Assembly: GCA_034530615.2 (NCBI GenBank)
Contig: JAVRCV020000027.1
Coordinates: forward strand, 1-60,438
DNA from: Aulosira sp. ZfuVER01
Lineage (GTDB): Bacteria; Cyanobacteriota; Cyanobacteriia; Cyanobacteriales; Nostocaceae
Reading direction: 5' to 3'
Length of the DNA: 60,438 nt
Shown: positions 19,903-30,095 of the stretch, piece after piece
How positions within the stretch are numbered: the stretch's first letter is position 1
Layout: every line of letters begins with the position of its first letter
Made by a program: the position numbers and the translations under genes
Notes under the pieces: generated by a model
Told to the model about the DNA's origin: nothing
The model's database searches: none
What the model saw: the letters and a program-made list of their open reading frames with translations, nothing else

Positions 19903-20376
19903 TTAATTTAATCGATAGAAAAAGTTGGCGATATTTTCCCGTTCAATCCAGCCTTGTTGGCGATAAAACTCGCGTTGATAGGATTCTCGCTCTTTGTTGT
20001 TATGTAACATCAAAAGTAAACACCCTCGGATGAGTGCTTCAGAAGTGACAGTTTCTAGCAGCGTTTTACCGATTCCTTGTCCCCGATAAGCCTCATGAAT
20101 GAATAACTCGGAGATATAAGCTTGAGGTTTTGGCAGAAATGGACAAGGTAGCCAATGAACTGCAATATATCCGATTACCTGATTTTGGACATTTTCCGCC
20201 ACATATATAGAGTGACTATCATTTGCATGACACTGCGCAATGTGCTGCTGGATTTGCGCGCTCGCTGTTTGGGGTGAAGTGGAATCTAGCCATGCAAACC
20301 AACCCAATTCTTGCAGAATTTGGGAGATCGCCTGTGCATCTGATTCTGTAGCTTTTCTAATATTGGCAGGAAGCAT
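19903..20376 (-). CDS. GNAT acetyltransferase
   Basis: ELFIHEAYRGQGIGKTLL; FYRQQGW. Confidence 0.85.
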   Translation of the reverse strand: MLPANIRKATESDAQAISQILQELGWFAWLDSTSPQTASAQIQQHIAQCHANDSHSIYVAENVQNQVIGYIAVHWLPCPFLPKPQAYISELFIHEAYRGQGIGKTLLETVTSEALIRGCLLLMLHNNKERESYQREFYRQQGWIERENIANFFYRLN

Positions 20377-20391
20377 GAACTAGAGAATTTA

Positions 20392-21102
20392 TTAAACAGG
20401 AGTTTGCAATTGGGCAACTATCTTTTGAATGATTTGCCGACGTGTATCTTGACGATTTTGGCTAGCGGCTTTCACCCTATTGGTGATCGCCTCCGGCGCA
20501 GTGTGGGGAGAACCACTGTTAAATGGAGGTTGGGGATTGTATTCTATTTGTAATTGAATAGACTGGGCAATATCTTCTCCAAATAGTTCCGCCGCGATAA
20601 CCAATCCAAAGTCAATGCCGGATGTAATGCCACCACCTGTAATGCGATCGCGATCGATGACAACTCGCTGTTCCACTACTTCAACTCCAAACAACCCTAA
20701 CAAATCTAGAGATAGCCAATGAGTAGTAGCGCGATAGCCTTGGAGTAAACCAGCCGCCGCCAGTAGCAGAGAACCAGTGCAAACGGATGTTATGTAGCGG
20801 GCTTTTGCTCCCTGCGTTTTTAGAAAATCGAGAAAATTCCGATCTTCTAGCTTCGCATCAATACCTGGCCCTCCAGGGACAAACAACACATCTAAATGTG
20901 GGGATTGAGCAAAGGTTGTGTCAGGTAAAAAAGTCAAACCGCGATCGCTCCGGATAGGTACTAGAGCCTCCGCTAGCAGATATAATTGCGTGTTGGGTAA
21001 CTTAGCAAAAACCTCGTATGGCCCTGTGAAATCTAACTGTGTCACATTAGGAAACAGTACGATTCCTATTGATATAGAAGGATTTTTTGCTATAGCATTC
21101 AT
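20392..21102 (-). CDS. DJ-1/PfpI family protein (isonitrile hydratase-like)
   Basis: QLDFTGPYEVF, VPGGPG, SVCTG, TGGGITSGID, QIEYNPQPPF; start at MNAIAK. Confidence 0.85.
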   Translation of the reverse strand: MNAIAKNPSISIGIVLFPNVTQLDFTGPYEVFAKLPNTQLYLLAEALVPIRSDRGLTFLPDTTFAQSPHLDVLFVPGGPGIDAKLEDRNFLDFLKTQGAKARYITSVCTGSLLLAAAGLLQGYRATTHWLSLDLLGLFGVEVVEQRVVIDRDRITGGGITSGIDFGLVIAAELFGEDIAQSIQLQIEYNPQPPFNSGSPHTAPEAITNRVKAASQNRQDTRRQIIQKIVAQLQTPV

Positions 21103-21240
21103 GACTTTTTTAATTTTGAAAAGAGATAAAATCTCATTTGTAATATCTTTATTTTCAATCACCGGAGGTGGGCATTGCCACCCTACAAAAATCACCAATT
21201 TAATTTAAGCCTAATTGCATAGCACAAATTTATTACAGAA

Positions 21241-22008
21241 TTACGAATTCTGTCCCCAAATTAAAATGCGCTTGTAAGGGAAAAAGAATGGACGATCATC
21301 TGGCAAAACCTCGAATAACTTTTGCTGATACCTTTCTACAAACCGCTCATAAGTTTGGGTATCTAATTGCGTTTCATAAGCTGTTAACAATGTCCCGCGA
21401 TACCATTCCACTACAGCTTCTCGTGACGGTAACAAATGCCCATAAATTTGCAACTTCACTTGTTGCTTGACAAACCCCAATTTATAAAGCAATTTGGCGT
21501 AAGCTAATGGAGAAAGTACTTCCAAGCGCCGCACATATCCCCCTAATTCCTGACTAAATTCTTGCGCTGTCTCCACTGCTAACTGATGCACTGGCTCGTC
21601 ATCCATTGCTGGTATTTGTATAGCTAACTGTCCACCAGATTGCAGCTTGTCTCGTAATTGTGCAAATAATACTTCGTGTCCTGTTAACCACTGTAAAGCA
21701 GCATTGGAAAACACTACATCAAACTTACCTTCTCCTGGGTTATCCTCAATTCTTCCTTGCTCAAACTGCAACCCATTACCTGCAAATTGACGCGCCACAG
21801 ATAACATTTTTTCGGAAGCATCGATTCCTAAAGTCTCTTTAGCTTTTAATGTTTCATGGAGATACTTGGTTAACTTTCCGGTTCCACAGCCTAAATCTAG
21901 AACTCGTAAATTTTTTTGGTGATGCACCAAATCTACTAAATCGTAAAACGGACGACTTCTTTCTACTTGAAATTGTTCATATAATTCTGGATTCCATTTA
22001 TCTGGCAT
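21241..22008 (-). CDS. tam: Trans-aconitate 2-methyltransferase family
   Basis: WNPELY..F..ERSRPF.DL, DLGCGTG, SNAALQWL. Confidence 0.75.
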   Translation of the reverse strand: MPDKWNPELYEQFQVERSRPFYDLVDLVHHQKNLRVLDLGCGTGKLTKYLHETLKAKETLGIDASEKMLSVARQFAGNGLQFEQGRIEDNPGEGKFDVVFSNAALQWLTGHEVLFAQLRDKLQSGGQLAIQIPAMDDEPVHQLAVETAQEFSQELGGYVRRLEVLSPLAYAKLLYKLGFVKQQVKLQIYGHLLPSREAVVEWYRGTLLTAYETQLDTQTYERFVERYQQKLFEVLPDDRPFFFPYKRILIWGQNS

Positions 22009-22154
22009 TTTGATAACCTATTTTTCGATTTAGCTAGAAGTGACTTTATACAAGGAGAAGAGGACAATAAATTCAAAATTAATTTTGACTATTTAAATTT
22101 TAATTTACCCAGTTTCTTGAAAGCAAAAAATAATGAACATTTCGGTAATGTTAG

Positions 22155-22598
22155 TCATGGTTGTGCTGCTCCTACAGTTAATAAAGAAACATGAGCAGAA
22201 ACTACCTTCCATCCATCTGCAAATCTGTACCAAGTTTGGCTTTGTCTGCCAAAACGCTCTACATCATCGATAATGCGACGAAATTCTAGAGTTACGGTTG
22301 CTGTATCTTTTCCTAAGGTTACAACTTTAAGATTGGAAATTTCTCGCTCAATTTTTGGGTTTGGTCGAGAGGCGCGAAAGTTGCGAATCTCTTCACTACC
22401 ATAGAGGTTTTCTGCTAAACCAAAGCGCACTACCTCTGATGCATCCCAAAATAAACTATCCATCACCTCCAAGTTATTATTAACCAAAGCTTCTTCGTAC
22501 TTGAGGTATAAATCAGTTACTTCAGCTACAACAGCAGGATCGTTTACTGTAGTCATTGTTGCGATTGATTTGGGTATTGTGCCATTTACTATAGTCAC
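22155..22598 (-). CDS. AtzH/HpxZ-like (DUF3225) NTF2-fold protein
   Basis: YEEALVNN...FW...RFG..ENLYG.EEIRNFR; GRQSQTW; WKVVSAHVS; alternative start 22556. Confidence 0.85.
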   Translation of the reverse strand: MTIVNGTIPKSIATMTTVNDPAVVAEVTDLYLKYEEALVNNNLEVMDSLFWDASEVVRFGLAENLYGSEEIRNFRASRPNPKIEREISNLKVVTLGKDTATVTLEFRRIIDDVERFGRQSQTWYRFADGWKVVSAHVSLLTVGAAQP

Positions 22599-23276
22599 TT
22601 ATTTTTTGGAGCCATTACGAATTACAAGTTTAGAAATATCCTCTGGAGAATACGCAATAAAATCAGCACCGTGAGTTTTCAATTCCTCCTCAGTTCCATA
22701 GCCATAGGTGACACCAATTGCAGTAACGTGATGGCGCTTGGCTCCAATCATGTCGTGAGAGCGATCGCCTACCATAATTACAGTAGAAGGTGAAAGATTC
22801 TCCGTTAGCAGAATATGCTGTATTAAGTCGCCTTTTACACTCCTGGTTCCATCAAGTTCGCTACCGTAAATACCATCGAACAGCGACGATAAGCCAAAAT
22901 GTTCCAGAATGCGGATTGCATAAATATAAGGTTTAGAAGTGGCGACAAAGGTTTTATAACCAGCAACGCGAATAGCTGTTAAAGTTTCGAGAATTTTGGG
23001 ATAAAGAAAATTTTCAAATAATCCGATTGTGGAAAAGCGATCGCGATACAGTGAAATGGCCTGTGTCAACAACGTAGCATCTGAAGTTTTCAATAATAGC
23101 GAAAAAGTCTCTTGGATTGGCGGGCCGATATACCAACCCAATTCATCAGCATCTGGTGGCGTGTAACCAAGTTCCAACAGCGCATACTGAATACTACGAG
23201 TGATACCAGGCTTGGCATCTGTCAAAGTCCCATCTAGATCGAACAAGATAGCGTCGGCAGGCATTTCAAAATCCAC
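22599..23276 (-). CDS. HAD hydrolase (phosphoglycolate phosphatase / 5'-nucleotidase-like)
   Basis: FDLDGTLTD, ATSKP, MVGDRSHD. Confidence 0.85.
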   Translation of the reverse strand: MDFEMPADAILFDLDGTLTDAKPGITRSIQYALLELGYTPPDADELGWYIGPPIQETFSLLLKTSDATLLTQAISLYRDRFSTIGLFENFLYPKILETLTAIRVAGYKTFVATSKPYIYAIRILEHFGLSSLFDGIYGSELDGTRSVKGDLIQHILLTENLSPSTVIMVGDRSHDMIGAKRHHVTAIGVTYGYGTEEELKTHGADFIAYSPEDISKLVIRNGSKK

Positions 23277-23369
23277 AATTCAAGAAGTTAATCGTAGAAA
23301 AATACCACAACCAAGTATAAAAATGAGGATTGGGCATTTGTCATATCATATCCAGGCGATCAATTATGA

Positions 23370-23395
23370 TTCGGTAAGTTTGTGTAGAAACCGAA
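23370..23395. promoter_or_regulatory. Possible variant 26-bp operator (or hairpin)
   Basis: TTCGGTAAGTTTGTGTAGAAACCGAA, same length and GGT/ACC arms but TTC/GAA ends. Confidence 0.3.
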
Positions 23396-23417
23396 ACCTC
23401 TGCTTCCTCTGCTGGCT

Positions 23418-24377
23418 TCACGATGTACTACATTTGCGAATCAAGTTTTCTCGACTCAACAAAGCGATCCCCAATGTGACGATACCAATCCCCACACATT
23501 GAACAACGTTTAAAGTTTCGCTAATCGTTGCCCATGCGACTAGTGCAGTCATTGCGGGACTGCTAGCGCCAATGATAGAGGCGGTAGTTGCGCCAATCAT
23601 CCGAATCCCTAAATTGTTGAAAGTGTGTCCCATAAAGCTGACTACCCCCGAAAAAATGCTGCCAATCCACATCGGTGTCCAATCAAGTTGGGCACTGGAA
23701 GGAGGCCAAAACAATAAGCTCGCACCAGAGAGCAGGAGAGTAGTAGCAAAACTAACCCAGGTAAAAGGAACTGGATGCAATTTTTGCAAACATTTTTGGG
23801 CGAGGACGTTATAGCAGGCGTTAAAAATTCCAGCAATAACGCTAGCGCAAATGCCGATCGCAATTGTACGACTGCTGTGATTAACAGAAGATTGAGGAAG
23901 AGTAAGAACTCCACCCACCAAAATAATGCCCATCACCAGCCAACTGAAGGGTGTAGGGCGATCGCCAAAAAACCGCCAAGATAGCAGCGCCGTAAACACG
24001 GGATAGGTAAAAAAGAGGGTGAGCGCAATTCCCGTGGGAATCAAGCCAATCGCCATGTAGAGTGATGTAATATACACAAACATCAGCACCCCACAACCAA
24101 AGGCTTGGAGCATGACATCTAGGCGTTCCCGCCTAAATAAGCTGAGGAATTCTTTAGGTGCAGATGGATATAGCTTGAATGCTACAGATGCCATCAGGGG
24201 AACCACCACCACCATTCGCATAAACATCAGCAAGAATGAATTCTGCAAATCTGGTTTAACGTAGCCACCGAGTAGTAACACACCCAGCAGGAGGTGTTCT
24301 GAAAACAAAACTCGGACAGTAACGTTGTGAAATGACAATAGAAAGGAGGATACAAGAACCGTCAGGATACCCAACAC
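23418..24377 (-). CDS. DMT/EamA family transporter
   Basis: About 10 hydrophobic segments; LFFTYPVFT and IGATTASII motifs. Confidence 0.8.
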   Translation of the reverse strand: MLGILTVLVSSFLLSFHNVTVRVLFSEHLLLGVLLLGGYVKPDLQNSFLLMFMRMVVVVPLMASVAFKLYPSAPKEFLSLFRRERLDVMLQAFGCGVLMFVYITSLYMAIGLIPTGIALTLFFTYPVFTALLSWRFFGDRPTPFSWLVMGIILVGGVLTLPQSSVNHSSRTIAIGICASVIAGIFNACYNVLAQKCLQKLHPVPFTWVSFATTLLLSGASLLFWPPSSAQLDWTPMWIGSIFSGVVSFMGHTFNNLGIRMIGATTASIIGASSPAMTALVAWATISETLNVVQCVGIGIVTLGIALLSRENLIRKCSTS

Positions 24378-24643
24378 GGTAAAAAAGTCTTCGTAAGACC
24401 TGCTTATATTGCTGAAACCACTGCAATAACAGACTAGACGTTTGAGGGGATTGAATCTCTGGCGCTAGGTCGTCATTGTAATTGCCAGACTTTATACCCT
24501 AAAATTTTGCATGAGTCGATGTCAAGCTAATTCACAATCAACCGCATAGCAAAATAGGCAAGTTAAATTAGGAATCTGGTTTGGTTACTTGCAGAGATGG
24601 TCACTTTGAAAATTCATTGTACCAACGAGCAAGTTTAGAGGAA

Positions 24644-24847
24644 TTATTTCGCTATTGCAAATCCGACAGACGAATTTCTAATCCCAGTGCAGACTTTACC
24701 TGTAGGGTTGTAATTCAGTAGATTGCTGTTTAGATCTCGTACCGTGACTTTTTGCATTTGAATGCGATCGCTGAGTCTGAGTTCCCATACAGCTATCCGT
24801 GCTATGCGTGCGTAAGGAGAGTTAGGTGTGTAGAAGAGTTTCATCAA
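24644..24847 (-). pseudogene. N-terminal fragment of glutathione S-transferase
   Basis: MKLFYTPNSPYARIARI...NPTGKV, then sequence diverges. Confidence 0.7.
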
Positions 24848-24983
24848 AAAGTGCGACTTTTTTTGATACAGCTAGACCAAATTTCCCCCTTCTTCAATCA
24901 AAGAGATAGGGGGTAATTTTTCAATGAGATTGATGTATTACCAGATATTTTTCATACATCTTTCATAAAATAGCCCAGTAATA

Positions 24984-26357
24984 TCATGTAGCAATACCAG
25001 CTAGTTCAGGGGATGCAACTTTGCTGAACTGGTTAACCGGACGAGGTAAACCAAGATTTTCCCGCAGAGTCCGCCCTTCGTACTCAGTGCGGAATATACC
25101 TCGGCGTTGCAGTTCGGGAATGACAAACTCTACAAACTCATCTAAACCACCAGGCAACCAAGGTGGCATGATATTAAAACCGTCAGCGCCATCGTTAATA
25201 AACCAGTCTTCTAGCTGGTCGGCAATCTGCTCTGGTGTACCGATAATGGTGCGATGTCCGCGTGCGCCAGCAATCCATAAATATAGTTGCCGGATGGTTA
25301 AATTCTCTCTATGGGCAAGGTCTTTAATTAGTTGTAAACGGCTTTTGCCACCGTTGGTATCTGGCAGATCTGGTAGCGGCCCGTCTAAGGGATATTTCGT
25401 TAAATCATGCCCACCTATAAGACTTGAAAGCAGACCCAATCCCACTGACGGATGAATTAAATCCTGAAGTTGCTCGTATTTCTCCTTGGCTTCTTCCTCT
25501 GTTCTACCAATCACCGGAAATACACCAGGCATAATTTTGAGATGTTCGGGGGAACGCCCGTATTTAACTAGTCTGCCCTTAACACTGGAATAAAAAGCCT
25601 GTGCTTCTTTTAGAGTTTGTTGAGCAGTAAAAATGACCTCTGCTGTTTGGGCGGCGAGTTCTTGACCTGCTTCGGAAGAACCAGCTTGCACAATCACCGG
25701 ATACCCTTGGATAGGACGGGCGACATTCAACGGCCCGCGTACCGAGAAATTTTTACCCTTGTGGTTAGGAATGTGTAGTTTGTCAGGATGGAAGTAAACG
25801 CCTGATTCTTTATCGCGGATAAAGGCATCATCTTCCCAACTATCCCAAAGCTTGGTGACAACTTCTAAAAGTTCTGTTGCTCTCTCGTAGCGCAGTGCGT
25901 GTTCTAAATGGTGTTCCCGGCTGAAGTTTTTTGCTGCGGCTTCAGCAGAGGATGTGACAACATTCCACCCAGCACGACCACCACTAAGATAATCTAACGA
26001 AGCAAACTTACGGGCGAGGTGAAAGGGTTCGTCGTATGTGGTTGATGCCGTTGCTACTAACCCGATGCGCTCTGTCACTACAGACAAAGCCGACAATAAA
26101 GTTAGTGGTTCAAAGTGGACGCTGAATTGTCCCGAACGGCTAAAAGCCTCTTTCCCTTGTCCCCGATCCCAGACAGCTAAACCATCTGCGAGGAAAACCA
26201 TGTCAAATTTAGCTCGTTCAGCTGTCTGTGCCAGTCGCTTGTAATGCTGAAAATTCAGTCCTCCGTCTGCTTGGGCTTGGGGATGTCGCCAAGCTGCTAC
26301 ATGATGACCTGCATCTGGGAGAAATGCACCTAGTTTTAGTTGTTTTTTCTGACTCAT
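24984..26357 (-). CDS. NtaA/DszA/SoxA-family FMNH2-dependent monooxygenase
   Basis: AERAKFDMVFLAD, FEPLTLLSAL, GRAGWNVVTS, QAGSSEAG, TLRENLGL. Confidence 0.9.
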   Translation of the reverse strand: MSQKKQLKLGAFLPDAGHHVAAWRHPQAQADGGLNFQHYKRLAQTAERAKFDMVFLADGLAVWDRGQGKEAFSRSGQFSVHFEPLTLLSALSVVTERIGLVATASTTYDEPFHLARKFASLDYLSGGRAGWNVVTSSAEAAAKNFSREHHLEHALRYERATELLEVVTKLWDSWEDDAFIRDKESGVYFHPDKLHIPNHKGKNFSVRGPLNVARPIQGYPVIVQAGSSEAGQELAAQTAEVIFTAQQTLKEAQAFYSSVKGRLVKYGRSPEHLKIMPGVFPVIGRTEEEAKEKYEQLQDLIHPSVGLGLLSSLIGGHDLTKYPLDGPLPDLPDTNGGKSRLQLIKDLAHRENLTIRQLYLWIAGARGHRTIIGTPEQIADQLEDWFINDGADGFNIMPPWLPGGLDEFVEFVIPELQRRGIFRTEYEGRTLRENLGLPRPVNQFSKVASPELAGIAT

Positions 26358-26473
26358 CTTTTTTTATCTATATGAAATGCGTTTCCGATATCAGCTAAGG
26401 GAAGGGGGAGAAGGGAGACAACGGAGACAAGGGGGAGTGTGGGGAGAATATCAAAAAGCTTCCCACCTCTCCC

Positions 26474-26494
26474 CATGCCCAATGCCCCATGCCC
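26474..26494. repeat. STRR-type heptamer repeat (CCCCATG/CCCAATG)
   Basis: CATGCCCAATGCCCCATGCCC; similar tracts near 41608-41645 and 57760-57855. Confidence 0.6.
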
Positions 26495-27294
26495 TACACT
26501 CCTGGCGTACTTCCACCATCAACAAGAATCTCTGCGCCTGTAATTGAAGCAGCAAGATCGGAGACTAAAAATAGTGTTAATGCAGCAATTTCTTCTGGTT
26601 GGGCGATTCTCTTCAGGGGAATTCCTTGCAGGGTTGCAGCTTTTGCTTCCTCAACTGTAATCCCTCGCGCTTGGGCGTTTTGTTCTGCCAAGCGTTCAGC
26701 TCGTTCGGTGGCAGTAGCACCAGGCGAAATAGCATTAATCCGAATGTTGTACTCAGCTAACTCTTTAGAGATTCCCTTTGTGAAGTTAAGCAAGGCGGCG
26801 TTGGTTGTGCCACCAGGAAGGAAGCTGGGGCGAGGTGTCCTACCTGCACCGCCAATGATATTGACAATCCGTCCATCCCCACGATTCTTTTGATGGGGAA
26901 CAACGGCTTTAACTAGGCGAATGTAGCCCAATAATTTTAAGTTCCAAGCATCTAGAAATACTTCATCGCTCAGGTCAAGGAAAGACCCCGCACGGGCTGA
27001 TCCAGCATTATTGACTAAGATATCAATTTGTCCAAACTGTTGTAATGTGGTTGCAACAACTCGCTCGACACTTTCTGCTTGAGTTAAATCGGCACTGATA
27101 GAAATGACTTTTGCCCCTAGTGTGGGTAGGGATTGGATCGCGCTGACGGCATTCTCTAGCCGTTCTGGATTTCGGGCTGCAATGACTACATTTACACCTT
27201 CACTATAGAGGGCTTTGGCGATCGCTAAACCAATACCCGCACTACCACCTGTGACAATTGCTGTTTTACCTGATAGTTGTAGTTCCAAGCTCAT
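26494..27294 (-). CDS. Short-chain dehydrogenase/reductase lacking the canonical YxxxK
   Basis: TGGSAGIG, ILVNNAG, NAISPG; GGTTNAA where YxxxK is expected. Confidence 0.85.
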   Translation of the reverse strand: MSLELQLSGKTAIVTGGSAGIGLAIAKALYSEGVNVVIAARNPERLENAVSAIQSLPTLGAKVISISADLTQAESVERVVATTLQQFGQIDILVNNAGSARAGSFLDLSDEVFLDAWNLKLLGYIRLVKAVVPHQKNRGDGRIVNIIGGAGRTPRPSFLPGGTTNAALLNFTKGISKELAEYNIRINAISPGATATERAERLAEQNAQARGITVEEAKAATLQGIPLKRIAQPEEIAALTLFLVSDLAASITGAEILVDGGSTPGV

Positions 27295-27415
27295 GAGATA
27301 AATTCCTAGATTTGGTGGTTTGATTATCTACTGCCTGCAATAGATAAATTCAATAGAGAACTTAGTCCTTCTCTAGTTCATATTCCTGTGGATAAATTAA
27401 TGATATTTAATAATA

Positions 27416-27441
27416 TACGGTAAATTGATAAAGTTTAAGTA
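27416..27441. promoter_or_regulatory. 26-bp palindromic operator
   Basis: TACGGTAAATTGATAAAGTTTAAGTA, upstream of the SDR-monooxygenase operon. Confidence 0.75.
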
Positions 27442-27542
27442 TTTAATACTAATTAGCAGATTTATCAGATAATATCTAAATAATCAAGTATACTAAAGAC
27501 TAATATTTTTGAGAGAAAGTGCTGTTTAGGGAAATTTTAGCG

Positions 27543-27569
27543 TAGACGCCTTAGCTGCTTGCCGAAGGC
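27543..27569. repeat. 27-bp small dispersed repeat inside a HIP1 site
   Basis: GCG|TAGACGCCTTAGCTGCTTGCCGAAGGC|ATCGC. Confidence 0.65.
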
Positions 27570-27599
27570 ATCGCATATTAAATTCCCCATTCTAAATAT

Positions 27600-27845
27600 A
27601 ATGACGGTTGAGGTGATGTTGATCCTAGAACCCAACATGGGTGGCAACATCTGCGATCGCCATTTGCCCCTGTTGCAACAACTTTGTTGATAAATAAAAA
27701 AGCAAGTGCGATCGCCTAAGCTTAGAAAATTCTATCGCTGACATTCTCGCACCTGCCTTTACTGCCATAAAGTAGGTATCCATCCCCACATAATTGCAAC
27801 CTAAAGCTTGGCTCAAAACAGCACAGCCTTCAGTGGCAATGATGA
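27600..27845 (-). pseudogene. Fused remnants: AsfA-like flavoprotein fragment plus AraC-type HTH C-terminus
   Basis: IIATEGCAVLSQALGCN...MAVKAGARMSAIE resembles VLANGGCAFLSKALGCN...MAVEAGGELSSME of the 50672 gene; then LLQQGQMAIADVATHVGF* (AraC). Confidence 0.6.
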
Positions 27846-27923
27846 CTGAATATGTGCAATTAGCTTTGCCCTACTGAAAGCAATGGCTACGAAGGGCTAA
27901 ACCTAAGCACTTTAAATCTTAAA

Positions 27924-27949
27924 TACTCTTTGTCGGTCAACTTACCGCT
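27924..27949. promoter_or_regulatory. 26-bp operator, one deviant arm
   Basis: TACTCTTTGTCGGTCAACTTACCGCT. Confidence 0.4.
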
Positions 27950-28251
27950 GTTTATATACAAATAAAGCTTTGCACACTTTTTTTAGAAAATCAAGGGCTA
28001 TCCTAATAAAAGTCAAGACTCATCAAATAGAGTTGCCAGTACTAAGAAAAGCGTGCAGTTTTGCAAATAAATATGTTTAATAAATTCGGCTCAAAAACTC
28101 AAAATTATCAAAATTAATTACTCTACAGCAGGAAGTTGCTGATAAATTCTCTGAACTATAATTAATTCCCAAACAAATTAACATCAAATCAGTGATGCTG
28201 ATACGTGAGCAATATACAGCTTTGTCACCCAAAAACCCATAATTCGTAATT

Positions 28252-29073
28252 ATGAGCAATCCTACTGAGTTATTCCATCGTCGTTATGGGGTAGATGCCT
28301 TCAATGCAGATATTCCCTGGAATGAGACAATATCTAATTTGCTGTCTCATCGTTCGATTCGTGCTTACCTGAGCGATCCTTTACCAGCAAACACTCTAGA
28401 AACATTGATAGCAGCAGCACAATCTGCATCAACTTCCTCAAATCTCCAGACGTGGAGCGTAATTGCTGTCCAAGATCCCCAACGTAAGGAGAAGTTATCG
28501 CAGTTGGCGAATAACCAAGCACATATTCGCCAATGTCCTTTATTTCTGGTGTGGTTAGCAGATTTGGCGAGACTGACATACATCGCAGAAAGTCAAGGAT
28601 TACCCTATGAAGGTCTAAATTATCTGGAAATGTTTTTGGTGGCGGCTATAGATGCAGCATTAGCAGCACAAAATGCTGTTGTCGCCGCCGAATCTCTGGG
28701 TTTGGGAACGGTTTATATTGGCGCATTGCGCAATCGTCCAGAACCAGTGGCAGAAGTTTTGAATTTACCGCCTCATGTTGTTGCTGTATTTGGGTTGTGT
28801 GTTGGTTATGCAGATTCATCTGTAAATGTGGAAATTAAACCGCGTTTACCTCAAGCGGCGGTATTGCATCAAGAGACTTATCAATTAGAGAAACAAGACC
28901 AGGAAATTGCACTTTACAACCAAATTATGAAAGCATTCTACAATTCCCAACAGATGAATGTTCCCGGTGATTGGTCAGAACACTCAGCCAAACGAATAGC
29001 GTTTGTTGAATCTTTATCAGGACGCGATCAGTTGCGGGAAGTTTTGAATAATTTGGGGTTTGAGTTGCGATAA
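28252..29073 (+). CDS. NADPH-dependent flavin reductase / nitroreductase (NfsA/FRP family)
   Basis: HRSIRAY, AAQSASTSSNLQ, ESLGLGTVYIGALRN, KPRLP. Confidence 0.9.
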   Translation: MSNPTELFHRRYGVDAFNADIPWNETISNLLSHRSIRAYLSDPLPANTLETLIAAAQSASTSSNLQTWSVIAVQDPQRKEKLSQLANNQAHIRQCPLFLVWLADLARLTYIAESQGLPYEGLNYLEMFLVAAIDAALAAQNAVVAAESLGLGTVYIGALRNRPEPVAEVLNLPPHVVAVFGLCVGYADSSVNVEIKPRLPQAAVLHQETYQLEKQDQEIALYNQIMKAFYNSQQMNVPGDWSEHSAKRIAFVESLSGRDQLREVLNNLGFELR

Positions 29074-29080
29074 AAAAGTG

Positions 29081-29111
29081 CTGGGTGCTGAGTGAAATAA
29101 TCAGTACCCAG
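29081..29111. terminator. Hairpin between convergent genes
   Basis: CTGGGTGCTGA...TCAGTACCCAG. Confidence 0.45.
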
Positions 29112-29146
29112 ACCACTAATTGGGGAGCATCAGGCAAGAGACAGCA

Positions 29147-29902
29147 CTACACTGTTTGCAGTTGCAGGTTTTTTTGGAATAGTTCTAAAACTTGTTGCCA
29201 AGCATCGGCGGCGGCTTCGGGATTGTAGCTGGCGCGATGGTTGCAGAAAAATCCATGTCCTGCACCCTCGTAACGGAAGATTTTATGCGGAATTTGATGT
29301 TTCTTTAGTTCGGCTTCAATTTGTTCTGTGTGTTCGAGTGGGATTCCTTGATCTTCAGTGCCAAAGAAGGCATAAATGGGGCCTTTAATCTTGGATGTAT
29401 GGGTGATAGTGGGTTCACCACCACCGGGTGTAGAGTTGGTAATTCCGCCACCGTAGAAGGAAGCTGTAACTTTGATGTCTGGGAGAGTAGCTGCTAAGTA
29501 AACAACATGACCACCAAAGCAGAAACCAATCGAGCCAATTGCATCTTTTTGGACATTTGGCAGAGTTCGCAAGTAATTAATTGCCGCTTGAATATCACTT
29601 AATATTTCTTTTGCTGTTGTTTTTTCTTTATAGCTTCTACCACGCTGGATATCTTCTGGGGTGTATTGAGCCTCGAAACCGGGCGCAGTACGTTGATAAA
29701 GTGCGGGAGCAATGGCCACATACCCCTCTTTGGCAAACTTCTCGGCAACTTCCCGAATATGAATATTTACTCCAAAGATTTCCTGAATTACAATCACTGC
29801 GGGGAATCTTCCCTCTTTTGCAGGTTCAGCTAGGTAAGCATCAATTTGCAAATCACCGTTTGGGACTTTAACTTGAGTTGTGCGAATTTCTGTGCTTGTC
29901 AT
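29147..29902 (-). CDS. Dienelactone hydrolase family protein
   Basis: QEIFGVN, GFCFGG, AGHGF. Confidence 0.9.
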   Translation of the reverse strand: MTSTEIRTTQVKVPNGDLQIDAYLAEPAKEGRFPAVIVIQEIFGVNIHIREVAEKFAKEGYVAIAPALYQRTAPGFEAQYTPEDIQRGRSYKEKTTAKEILSDIQAAINYLRTLPNVQKDAIGSIGFCFGGHVVYLAATLPDIKVTASFYGGGITNSTPGGGEPTITHTSKIKGPIYAFFGTEDQGIPLEHTEQIEAELKKHQIPHKIFRYEGAGHGFFCNHRASYNPEAAADAWQQVLELFQKNLQLQTV

Positions 29903-29962
29903 TTGAAGATTTAGCCTACAATCTCGTTGAGGGTGGATTGTTCTTGATATTTCTTAGATTAC

Positions 29963-29988
29963 TACGGTAAATACGTCAAATTACCGTA
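29963..29988. promoter_or_regulatory. 26-bp palindromic operator (best symmetry)
   Basis: TACGGTAA-ATACGTCAAA-TTACCGTA with perfect 8-bp arms. Confidence 0.8.
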
Positions 29989-30064
29989 TTTACAAAAATA
30001 TCATTTCACAACCAAGTAAGAAAGGCAAGTACTGTTACCAATATCCCAAATATTACTGTTAAAA

Positions 30065-30090
30065 TACGATAAACCTATCGAATTAGTGTA
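30065..30090. promoter_or_regulatory. 26-bp palindromic operator
   Basis: TACGATAAACCTATCGAATTAGTGTA, 5 bp before the ATG at 30096. Confidence 0.7.
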
Positions 30091-30095
30091 TTAAT

